Below, piece after piece: positions 12,501-23,900 of a stretch of DNA of 64,000 bases. Location of the stretch: positions 1 to 64,000 of the forward strand of contig JAAPAO010000138.1 of assembly GCA_013115145.1 (NCBI GenBank), given 5' to 3'. The stretch is from Perkinsus chesapeaki ATCC PRA-425 (lineage: Eukaryota > Protista > Perkinsozoa). Made by a program: the position numbers and the translations under genes. Numbering within the stretch: position 1 is the first letter of the stretch; each line of letters begins with the position of its first letter. The notes below the pieces were generated by a model that had not been told where the DNA came from, made no database searches, and saw only the letters and a program-made list of their open reading frames with translations.

Positions 12501-13181
12501 CTCCGTCTTCTACTTCCACGTGAATACGCCGGATGAGTCTATCGTTAGCCCCCTCAGTGGGCCTCGCCGTGCAGTGGCCCTTCATAATAGATTATTTTTA
12601 GAGTGGCTTTGTGTGTTCGTACCAACTTCCATCTGAGCTGCTCAAACGCGACCTCTAGCACTGAACTTCCCTCGAAGTTAGCGGTCATGCTCAGCTCCGA
12701 CGAAGTAGCGATCCGAGTTGGGCCATCTCCCTCCCACCATTGTTTCTTTGGCAACGGCGTCAGGACAATACCATCCCAAACCTTAGCAGCTTGCTCTAGC
12801 TCAGCTGCATTACAGTGAGCTTCGCGAACAAGAGCCCTGTGGTCATGAGTCTGTGCACTTGGTGACACATCGGGAGGGGCCTCAACGGCCCCGTTTGCCG
12901 ATATGCTATTTTGTGACATTCCCTTCTGTATTGCGGGAGTAGCCCTAGTGGTCGGCATCTCACTTAGCCATGTCGCATAGATGATGCCCTGCATCTGAGT
13001 TGGGGAGCCCTTCACGGTCAGCCATATTGCGCAGACACTCGCTTACGCAGATGAGCAGCACTACAATGCCAACGAAAGTCCACAGCAGAGAGTGAACCCT
13101 TGGATCCTCGATATCTCGATTGGCACGACGGGATTTCGTAAGTCGATCCCCGCGTTTTCTCGGTATCATTTCGATAGTCAT
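9594..13181 (-). CDS. Beta-N-acetylhexosaminidase (GH20) with N-terminal membrane anchor and C-terminal Cys-rich repeats (3' end approximate)
   Basis: GH20b N-domain (LTPLPK...VLEVAFEQL), RFGALYGLDT, DGPEYGWRGLMLDMGRR, RLNVIHLHLND, RGVRVVPEVDVPGH, catalytic FHIGADE (~11630-11670), SVIVSNNQRSYLD. Confidence 0.92.
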
Positions 13182-13414
13182 AAACCGTAACCACTGTCTC
13201 TTGTCGACGGGTGGTTCGGGTAGATATCCCCAACTGGTAGTAGCGAATCACTAACAATGCAAGACTGAGCCTGTGGTCGGAGACGTGTGACTGCGACAAT
13301 GATTAAATCATGCTCTAATAGCTACTAATAACAATAGTCGTGAATACATATAAAGATCGCATACGAGCAGCAGCTGATAGCAACCGATTCACTCGTGGCC
13401 CTTCACAATGTTCC

Positions 13415-15430
13415 TCAAGGCCGTGCGGTCCAAGACGCGTTGGAGCTGACAACGTAAATGGCCAAGATGGCTTCAAACAGCGTGTTTTTTCGTACCGCAA
13501 CTTTCTGTTTCTGCAACGAGTCGAGTTCATCTTGAAGCTTAGTGATCTCAGCTTCCTCGGCAACGACGTTCTCCAGCGTGGCATCAATTGCCGCGTCTTC
13601 CTCATCTGAGTTGTCCTCTGCTTTCTCTTCCTCTGAAGAGCATGAGCCTGCATAAGTCAAAAAGCGAGCCCAGATGGAGGGAGCTCACCAATGTCTTTGC
13701 CGATCTTCTTGAGCATTGCCAACTTATCATCGAGGTAGGACATCAGAATGTCCAACTCGCTGTTACTAGCAATCAAGACATGACCACGTCAAAGTAGGAC
13801 CCCTCCTCCCTACTCGAGGTCCTCTACATCTACACCAGATGAATCGTCCTCACTTCCACTGTCCTCTCGAGCAGGTACCGAGCGAGGCTTCGGGGCGAAT
13901 GCCGAGCGCTGAGGTGGTAAGCCAGTTTTGAGAACCCCAAGAGGGGTATTCACCTTGGACTCGCTCTTCTCTGAGTCGGGCACATGAGCCGTGGAAGGCA
14001 GGGCAAGGCGAGCTCCACTCTCGGACGATGGTTTGCGGGGATTCAAAACCACTGTGTTCCGCTCGAGATGGATATTCACCCACTTGCCCTGCTGGTCCAT
14101 CAGGCGCTGGCAAACGCCCATCAACTCGTCCATGCTGATCTCGCGCTCTGAAGAAAAAAGATACACTTCGCGACCAGGATGCAGGACTTGCCTTTGAGCA
14201 CGCGGACAAGATCTTTGTTTTGAACTTCGAGCATCTGCATACGGTCCCTGCGAAGACAAGGTGTTCATCGACGGAGGGGATGTCCACACCTGTCGCGGCG
14301 GAGGGCATCAATCAATCTGCCTTGACTTGAAATGATTTGCTTCAAGGCATTAATCTGAAGACACGTAGTTCCATATCTCGCTTCGGGAGAGGCCCACTTG
14401 AGCAAGCTGTCGTTCTTCCAGACCCCGAGATGAAGAATCATCTGATCCTGGACTGAACGACTAGGAGAGGCATACAGTCAGTCAGATTTGCCATCATTCA
14501 CCTTCATAGCAGGCATGCGCGCCTTAGCCGCCACGCCTGGCGACGAGGCTCCGTAGCTGTCGGAGGAAGCATCTCCGCTATCGTCCATAATGGAAGAGTC
14601 ATCCTCAGCCATGTCCGGGCAAAGCATGCGAAGGGTGGCGTACCTTACTATAGCATGGCATGGGAATTAGCAACGTAGACTCACCATGCTTTGAAGTCCT
14701 CCACACCACTGCTGACGATCTCAACATAGCGATCGTATTTGGGGATAACCTATCAAGAGAAGCGATTAAGCAGATGGAAAATGTGAGCACGGTTACCAGC
14801 ACGACGGAGGGATGAGTCTCATTAAGACAAATGACTCTATCAACATCCTGGAGCTCGATAACAATACCTAATGCAGCTCACAAGATGAGAGATTCATCTG
14901 CAAGCTTGGAACTCACCAGGCTCCTTGCTGTTGTCAGTGGATTCTTCTTCCTTCAGAGGTATGAATTTCACAGACTCCAGATTGCGATTCAGAATTCCCG
15001 TGCCTGAGAAGTCGACTTAGGTGAGGGCTCTCAAGCTAGCCAACAGCTTACAGATGGCAGACTTGGTGACGATCTCCTCGTTTGAGCTGCCATCGTCATG
15101 CTCGACACGGAGGATGACGGGAATCCTGAACAAGAGTTGGATCGACATGCCTTTCGTAAAGCTTACCCTTTCATGAGCCTCTTGATGTAAGCCTCCACTT
15201 GGGCTATTAATGAGACATCCTTCTGTGGGGAGGCGGAGTCTGAACGAGTCTCGGATTTAGTCATCAAAGGCGCAGTACTTACGAGACTATACGGGAGAGA
15301 AGTAAACACAAGCAGAATGCACAGTAAATATCAAAGTGCGCTCATGGATTTTACGAGTCGTTCAAAGAGTGTGAACGGCAAGCGAGCTCCCCCAGCATTA
15401 GTATAGACACCAGCGACCAAGGCAAGCATG
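13415..15430 (-). CDS. Hypothetical coiled-coil protein (multi-exon; 5' end approximate)
   Basis: Exons can be chained in frame: ...QINALKQIISSQGRLIDALRRDRDRMQMLEVQNKDLVRVLK|EREISMDELMG...DVEDL|DELDILMSYLDDKLAMLKKIG|...EITKLQDELDSLQKQK...; no family recognised. Confidence 0.5.
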
Positions 15431-15580
15431 TTACGATGATCCCAAAGAGACTATAAAGACCTCGTGGACCGGGGATGAAAAGGAATCATCGTTTCTGACA
15501 GATCTACTTATCGCTCATTTGGGCGAGCGCTATCTACGACGCAAGATACTTTACAGAACTCACAAGGAAGACTGCCGCCG

Positions 15581-16480
15581 TTGCTTCCGCTGCGAATGCA
15601 GACGAGTGGCCGTCTTTCGATGCCCGGCCAAAGCCAGCGTGGGCTCCGAGCCGAGCTGTTGGCTATTATGAAGGACATACAGGACTTGGTATCCACCGAC
15701 TTCAGCTCCCCTAGCCTATCGTGTCAGCAAAAGCTATTGGACTGCATGGCACAGGTCGGGCAGCAGCGGATAACCGAGCTACGAAAACAGACGAGGTGAG
15801 CTCAGCACCGTTGCCAATATCGTAGATTTAGGCTTTTCAGTTTCTATCGTTCAAAGCTCCAAACAGTGTCCCGAGTAGCATCACTGCATATCCCCTGCAA
15901 CTTGCCTCGACGACCTCGCTGCCAGAGGGTGCTTAAAGACACATCTGGCCTTCAGCCGAGGCAGACAGACTTAGAAACGATTAAGAGGGCCGCACGCGGC
16001 GATGATTCGACAACAATATCAACGGGAGTCATGTCTTGGGAGGCCATCGCAGTGAGGTGCAAATCGCTGAGTCGTGTGATCGAAGATGTTGTTGCCTTCG
16101 ATGCACCCACTGATGCTTCGGAACCTTGTTTGGTGAAGCATTGACTATAATTGGCCCAGATTCGTTCCGAGCAGGGAACGTTCCTGCCAGTTGGCTAAGC
16201 CATGCAACCGTGATGTAGCGGAGAGCCACCAAGACTTGAGTTCAAGTTCGCGCATGGGTCAGCGATGTTCGACAAGCTCTTGCGAGATAGGTTGAAAACG
16301 CAAGTCAATGCCCTAAAGAAACTGACACTATAATCATCATCCATCCAACGTATCAATGCAGCAGGAAGAACGGAGGCCTATGAAGAGCTTGTTGTCAACT
16401 TGTACTGCTCTGTACCGACAGCAACAGCTTGAAGTACATTCTCGACGGCTGAGGGAGGGCATCAATACGATGTGCTAGCG
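15581..16480 (+). CDS. Hypothetical protein (exon structure unresolved)
   Basis: Plus-strand ORFs 15581-15799 (ending at a GTGAG donor) and 15866-16144, with helical, charged composition; no family recognised. Confidence 0.3.
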
Positions 16481-16557
16481 ACAAGGGAACGTACCGGAAG
16501 GGATTATCAGCGGCCAACGCAGCCAGAAAGGCATGTCCTCGCTGAGGGGCCCAGATC

Positions 16558-17790
16558 TCATCTGGTATCCAAAACCCAACGCAGCGATAACTGTGACAGA
16601 AGTGGCCAGCTTGCGGGAGGAGCCTGCCGGTGGAGCAGTACCAACCACGTAACGATAATATAACTAAGACGGGAGGGCATTCCGATCACCACTTTGGGAT
16701 TAAAACTAACCTCGTGGCCGCAGTTGGTGAGAAGCTGAGCCCCGAGCAAGCAATTGGCCCAATTGGCGAGACTGCGCTCCATTCTGTAAGCGATATATAC
16801 TGCCATAGCCGCAACGGCACCCTTGGTGGTGTATCGTATAGCCAGTCGGGAATTGGGGCTCAAGGATCGACCTACTCATAGGGCCGAGTCCGATTTACAC
16901 AAATTGAAGGCAGCTGACTCGCAGTCCTCGAAAGCATCACGAAGCGCGACGTGTGTCTTACCAGTATCGGACTCCTCGAAGCGTTTGAGCTGGGGCGAGA
17001 GGAACTGGTTAACCACACTCACGATAGTGCTGGCTGTATTCATCCCCAGACCGAATCGGGCGGCATTCCGCGAGAGGGCGGTAGCCAGGCAGCTCAAAAT
17101 CTGACCAGACGCGAGAGTGACATGACAGAGATGATCCAAGATGACCTACTTGCATGTATATATTGCGAAATGCCCTGCTAAGCCTATCAGTATCCACAGT
17201 ACGGAGGACTACCTCCAGGACACCTGCATGGATAGGCTGGTCGAATGCCAGCAGCTTATGCCATGTACACTTACTGACATCATTGCCGGAGGAGGAGGAG
17301 GCAGCAGGCTCGGGAATATCGATATCAGGCAGAGCCGAGTCACCCTCCCTTTTGTAGCAGAACAGCGGTATATCTCCAGGCAGGCTACTGCGCATATCAT
17401 CACGAACCTACTGGTATCTTGAGAAGGAGGCAGCCGTCAAGACCTACTTCAGAATAAACATCAGCGATCTCTTTGAAATCCCTTCTGAGATCTTCAACTT
17501 GAATTGACTGCAGTAGCAGGGAAGTGTAGGGGAAGTGGCTGATGGAAGTGCTAGCGCTACAAGGCTGGAGGCTCTTACTTCCCATATCGCAACAGGAAAA
17601 GGCCCAAGACCCCGCCAAGGATGGTCCTGTTCTTATCCACCACATTCTTAGTAGTGTCCACAACGGCCGTCACCCTCCGATAGGCCTTATGAGCGCTTTG
17701 TTCGACCTCTTGAAGAGTAACCACACCGTCACCGTCAACATCTAACATGCGACCAGCGCCACCTACAACGCTTTCACGGAGCTGGTCCAT
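16558..17790 (-). CDS. Uncharacterised membrane protein with EF-hand-like motif
   Basis: DVDGDGVVTLQE EF-hand loop, hydrophobic ILGGVLGLFLLRYGK, and later hydrophobic exons (LSCLATALSRNAARFGLGM; IRYTTKGAVAAMAVYIAY) separated by short introns. Confidence 0.5.
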
Positions 17791-18318
17791 GCCTTAAAAT
17801 ATACAGGAAACACCTGCAAGACGTACTCGCTGTCTTACTGGAAGCTTAGCAGCTCCCCTAATTAAAGAGTCCACCGCGCAAATGTATGAAATTGGCCTTT
17901 CCGATAACGTTTCGGAGCCATTCACGAGCAGAGGTGACACAACACGGTAGAGTGGTTCAAGAAACAGTGAAGTTACATGCACGTCGTCGCCGTTATAGAT
18001 GGTAAGAAGGATACGTTATGATGGAGCACATAAGGACAGTAGCTTCGTCTGGTTGCTCGCTGACAGCTTCACATCCGCCGGCGGCCATGGACTACTTCGG
18101 CTCAGGGCCGCCTGGAGGTCCGATAGGGATGGGTACAAGGCGGACAAGGCTACAACCTGCTTGGCGTCGATTCCTGGCACAAAGAATAATGACTATGACA
18201 CGCGGGAAAGCGGTTGCCGAGATAAGCACGACCGTTGAGCACTATCATTACGAGGTGATCAGCCACAAGATACTCAGATAAGTGGGATAGATTAGATTCC
18301 ATCGCCTTAAGCGCTCCA

Positions 18319-20660
18319 TCAATCTGTCTGGGTCAATGATTTGAGAACGGTGATTGCACAGTTCGGTGAATAAGTGATACTAACATAGCGAAGGGGCGGT
18401 GAGACGAGATGACATCGTCGAGGTCCATGTAGTGATGGCCCACCTTTTTCAAGGAGGACCTCCTCCATATGGATTCTTGATAGGATAGGATGTTCCGCCT
18501 CATCCCCCTCCAGTACGTACCGAAGCAGGCGATGGAATGCCCTTCGCCGCAGGCCTACAACAGGGAGCGTCTGTGCTACCATTACAGGACGGTAACCTCA
18601 CCGAGATGCTCATACCAGGCATCGAGGTCGGATGGGCTCGAAGGAAGGAACTCCTTCAGCTGTTCCTTTGTCCAGCACCCCCCAACCACTGCAGATGCCA
18701 CTTCCCTCGTAAGGCCTGGAAAACCCTCAGGACATACAAACGTAACATCTTCGTTACCATTGACCTTCTCCGTCATATCTTCTACTAAGGAATAGGTCTG
18801 ATACTCCACAGAGCCCTCGCCACATGCTAGTTTGATAACCATCATGGCTGTACGCTCATCCAGGCCCCACCGCTGAGCTAATAGCTCAATCTTGTTCGTC
18901 TCACCCTCTAACAGTTCCCTGAGCTCTTTCAGGGACCGGGCCTGCTTTGTGACAAAGTCAAGCTGGACCCCACGAATTCCCGCTGATCTGAGTTGTTCAA
19001 TATATTCCTCATCGACAGTTGGGATCGGCTTCCAGTCCTCCCCCATTATGGAGGCGGCCAACCTCTGGCAGACGATCGATGTTGTTCTGCACTGCATCGC
19101 TCTGGCCAACCCCTCCAGCCCGCCTGGCTTCTCCAGCGCAGCCACCAGCCGTTTCATTGTCGGATATCGCTTAGCTGAGGCGTAGGCCATCCGCGTCGAC
19201 ACGCCCTTCACAGCCATTAGCATATTTATCATGTCGTGATCGGGGGTCTTCTGTGCCTTGTAAACTTGGGAGGCAACCCTCACTGGTGTGAAATCGCTCG
19301 GTCCAGCGCAGAGCTTTTTGAAACTCTGGACTATCTTATCCAGCACCGTAATGGTTTCATGCAATGATTCCGTCCGAAGAAGCACTAGCCTATCTCTTAT
19401 CGGTATTCTGACCATGTATCCGTATACCAGCTCAGTGTTGAAACGGTTGTCCACAGATCCCTCGACCAGCACTATCACTCGATGCCTTTGGTAGTCAACA
19501 GCCTCCAGCAATGCCGAGAGCTGGTTGCGGAGGCGCCCGTCACGATGTGAGGATAGCAAGTCACGGACAGTCTTCCTCTCGATGATGAGCTTGTCCGATC
19601 CATCTTCGATCACCACATCCCCAACGTCTAGGCGAGCCACCTCGTATCTAGTTCGCAACCATGGTGTGAGCTACTCACTCGAGCTTGGCGCCCCTTACCC
19701 TCTTCGTTTCCCACTCGTACCATCGTCGTGCCCCAAGGCCTCCAACAGCAGACCTTCCCGAGTATCTATCGTCACTGTCACGCCTCGAGGAGGCTTCTTT
19801 AACCCGCCGCCTTCGGACAGGTCACTATCATCCGAGCTGTCGTGTTCCCAGTGATCATCCAAGACCTTCCGCGGCCTGAGGGCACCGAAGAGATTGACGG
19901 GTAGCAGAATCAGATGACGGACAGGACTCTGCCGGATTGTATCTGGTGGGCGACGTAGTGGCCCCATCCCCGCAAGTAAGGCGGCCATGGCCGGTCACTC
20001 TTGACGAGATTGTGCAGCGCTCCAACCTGACTGATGCCATATTCCATCCATCTGTATTGGCTATTAAGTACCCACCAGATTGCCAGAATTCAAAACTTCT
20101 TCTTCCGAAAGGCCCTCTAGGACAGCCCGAGCTTCCTCATCAGACTTGAACGGCGACTTGAAGGTCGAGTCGTTATCGATGTCTGGCATCGACCTATCCA
20201 ACGGAGTGTAATTATACAGCAAAATGCTCCTACGGATTTGGCTTCCTCAGTAGAGTGAAAACCAGGGACGCCTGTTCTTTACCGCGAACACGGGATGCCC
20301 TGAGATAATCGGTCCTCCGCATAACCCAGCAGGAGCAGGCAGCCACTGAGAGAGGCCCTCACTGAAATGCCAGCTTGGTAGCAAAGAAGTGCGCCCATGC
20401 CCGCTGTGTACTGGTCCACTGTGATCCACCCTCGAAGTGATCAACGAGCGATGCCACCTGGACAATAGCAGCGACAAGACGTTGCCTGAAGTTCTTAGAT
20501 CGCCTCACGAATTGGTCGGGTTTGTCCTTCTGGGACGTCAGTATTTTTCGCAGTGTCTGAAGCACCTCATCATCAGATATGAAGGCAGATACGAATTTTG
20601 TGGGAGGCCTAACAGTGCCAGTAGATCAAACCCTACCACACCAGAACTAACCTTTGCCTG
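18319..20660 (-). CDS. MUS81: ERCC4/XPF-domain endonuclease, MUS81-like (ends approximate)
   Basis: VTIDTRE ... LDVGDVVI ... IIERKTVRDLLSSHRDGRLRNQ nuclease motif, then HhH (MLMAVKGVSTRMA); split by a short intron near 19660-19715. Confidence 0.75.
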
Positions 20661-20994
20661 AACCGCACTGTAAACTTCAAAGGAGCGGCTTGGCTATACA
20701 GTCGTAGTGGTAGTGCAAGGAATGGCCGTAGTGGCCTTGGACTATGCAGGAGGGTCATCATACACGCAAGCTGCGCATCTGATAACTGCCCTACACTTGA
20801 CGTGCTGGTAGATGGATGAAGTACTCCGGGACACCAGCTGTGAGCAACGTCGGCGGCACAACACAACAGGAGGGCGATAGAAAAATCAAAGTGACGGCGA
20901 GCTCGCCCGAAACGGCAACCACATGATTGAGTGAATATATGCAATTAAACGCGCGTTTACGCGTGGGTACGTAGGAAGTGGAGATGGCTGTGAC

Positions 20995-23900
20995 CTAGTT
21001 CATCCGCCTGGCCTCACCAAGGTCTCGGGAGGGCGAGGCGGACTGGATGGCCTTCACTGGAGCTGGCTTGAACATCTGCAGCATACGGTGTGTTATAGCG
21101 AATCCACCAGATACATTAATGAGGCTGAAGAATATAGCAGCCAAAGCGGATATGACCTGAACAACCAACATCACTGGGGAATGGTGGTTCGCCAAACCGA
21201 TGGTGAGGCACCCACCTGTCCACTCGGGAACGGTCCGTTCATCTGCAGCATGCCGCCAGTAGCAATAACACCACTGATGGCATTGGTGACTGATATGAGA
21301 GGTGTATGAAGTGCCGGAGTCACAGCGGCCACAGTGAAGTGACCAATTAGTAGAGACAACACCTACGGGCAGCAGTGCAGAGCAGAACGCGGCGAGCCAC
21401 TTACAAAGTCCCCAACAAGACGGACATTCTGAACATCAGCCGAAAGTCCGAGAGCCATGACCACTGTGAACCCCAGAGCCACAGCGACCGCTTCAGAGTG
21501 GTCACACAGGTAGTCTGATACGGCCAATGAGATACAGGTAACGAAGCTGTACGCACCAAGGACAGCTTGAGCGCTGCTATCATCATCACTCCGTATAGGA
21601 GGTAGTTCTATTCCCACTGGTAGAGAGGGAGGCACTGGCGCTAGAGGCTGAGGCAGCGGTGGTGGGGGGTAACTGAGGTGGGCAAAGGTTCAGGGGTTGC
21701 TGGGTCTCCACGGAGCTTACAGCATCTCGCCATCTTTAGTGAGGGTGCTTTGCCGTACAACAACATCATCAAAGTTGAACTCGAGACTGGCCGGCCCAGC
21801 TCCATCCAGTATATCTGCTTCCGATTCGCTCAGATATGACGGTTAGGGTAGGCCACCTTTCCTAAGCAGCTGAAGTATACCCAGCAGATTGTGACTGAGC
21901 ATGGTCGAGCTCTGCTGGGGCATATCAGACGTCAAAGTCGTACGACCAACTACGGTCACTTGGGACGAGCCGTCGAGTATCGTTCGACCCGGGACCTGAA
22001 AAACACAGCTGTCTTGTTATGGACGGAGCATGGGGGCCGCCGACAGTGAGTTCACAATTGCCTCCAGCGGTCGCTGCAAGATCAACAATCACACTGTGTG
22101 GTGCCATAGACCGAACCTGAAATAGACCACTGAGGGGGGCGTGTACCGCACAGCACCACGGGCGTGAACCACATGTGAATAGGAAACGAGGGACCTTTGA
22201 GAGCTGGCCTGGAGCTGTACACGCCACCTCGATAAAACGAACAATAGTGTCGTCACATTTCGAACCGATGAGACCGGTAGTCGGGTTAATGGGAATCTCA
22301 GTCCAGGAGTCACTGTGTATTTTATCAGTGAAGCAAGGTATTAAATACGGCCCTTTACTCACCATCTCTCGAGTCACCAATATCGGTGCCTTCCTGTTGG
22401 GTATCATAGCCGTACAGATGACCACGTCTACCTACAACGTAAGGGCTCAACACTAGCTTGCTTAAAAGCACTCCCTACCTTCTTCACCATCGCCGCGTAG
22501 GTCTCCATTTGAGCCCGTTTGAATTCAGGAGAACTGATCTCCGCGGCGTACCCACCGGTCCCGCCGCCGCCGGCTCCCGATGACACACGGCAGTCGATAC
22601 GAACAAAGGTGGCCCCCATAGATTCGATTTGCTCCTTTGTGGTGTCCCTAACGTCGCTGGCATACACACGTGCTCCAAGGCTCTGAGCTGTGGCCACCGC
22701 AGAGAGACCAGCCACACCCGTGCCTGTCAGAGACCCCGTCGAGCCGATCATCACCGAGGGGGTTTTGTCGGTACTACCAATGACAAAGACACTAGCTGCT
22801 GGCAGGTGACCACTAGCTGTTACTGATGGGCGAGATATCCGAGGCAATGCGTGGAAGGCCTCCACTACAGCCCTATAATGATGAACATAGAGGAATAGAG
22901 CTACAACAACACCTACCTATAGCCTGCAATGTTGGCCATGGAGGTGAGGACATCTAACTTCTGGGCACGACTGAGAGGAGGCAGCAGCAGCAGCTTATAG
23001 AGATGCTGCGAGAGGTACACCGTCAACATGCCTTATTCTTGGTATAGCTGCCATGTTGATGACCGTCACTTTCTTAACACGAAGCTGCTCGATAAGCCCG
23101 AGAATCTCATCGTTGACCGAAAACGTCGATACGATAACCTTGAAGTTACAGTCAAAGCATCGACATTGCATCCCCACCTGGCCCGCAGGCAGCAGCTCGT
23201 TGCTGTCGCGGCTTAGATCCACGTCCCTGCTGCTCAAAGGGCCTACTCGAAGGACAACGTCAGATTTCGCATATACCTCCGCCTGAATAAAGACTCAGCG
23301 GTGATGGCAGCGCTAGTTGGATGCCCCATTACCGCAGTCTTGAGACACGTCGCTCCCATAAGCTCATACTCTTCATCGGAGAAGCTGGCCTCTTTACCGC
23401 TACCCTCCTCGAATGCCACATCGAAGCCAAGCATCCGAAGCTTACGAGTGACGACCGGTGTCACCGCCACACGGCGTTCCACCTCTGTGGTCTCTGAGCG
23501 ATAACTTCAGAACCAATCTCAACGAGACAGCAAACTACCGCCAGCTCCGAAGGTGGACTCGTTAACGAAACCGACCATGACACCAGCTGGCGGGTACTCC
23601 ACTCTCTGTTCAGCACTCTCACTGGCAGCGTCTTTGCCCGCCGAGTTGCCCGTCTCCCCGAGTACAGCGGTCGGGCCTAGTGCCAGGATGACTGGGATGA
23701 CTGAAGGCGTCTGGAGGTTACCTTCCTCAACGACGTTCTCACTGGGCAGTTTATCAGCCAGCTCATTCCGTACTTTATCCACCACATCACGAGCATGCCC
23801 GAAGAGCATCCGACTATTATCGTTAAAGAACAGAGGGTTCTCCACTCCGGAGTATCTAATTGGCTCTGATGAGGACCAAACTAGAGACCATAATCACACC

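Noticed and set aside
13810-13812. Apparent internal stop (DLE*) suggesting readthrough
   Set aside because: A GT-AG intron starting inside this codon pair restores the frame (DL-D-ELDIL).
17960-18281. Small plus-strand ORFs between the EF-hand gene and the nuclease
   Set aside because: Two competing frames, no recognisable motif and no unambiguous splice model.
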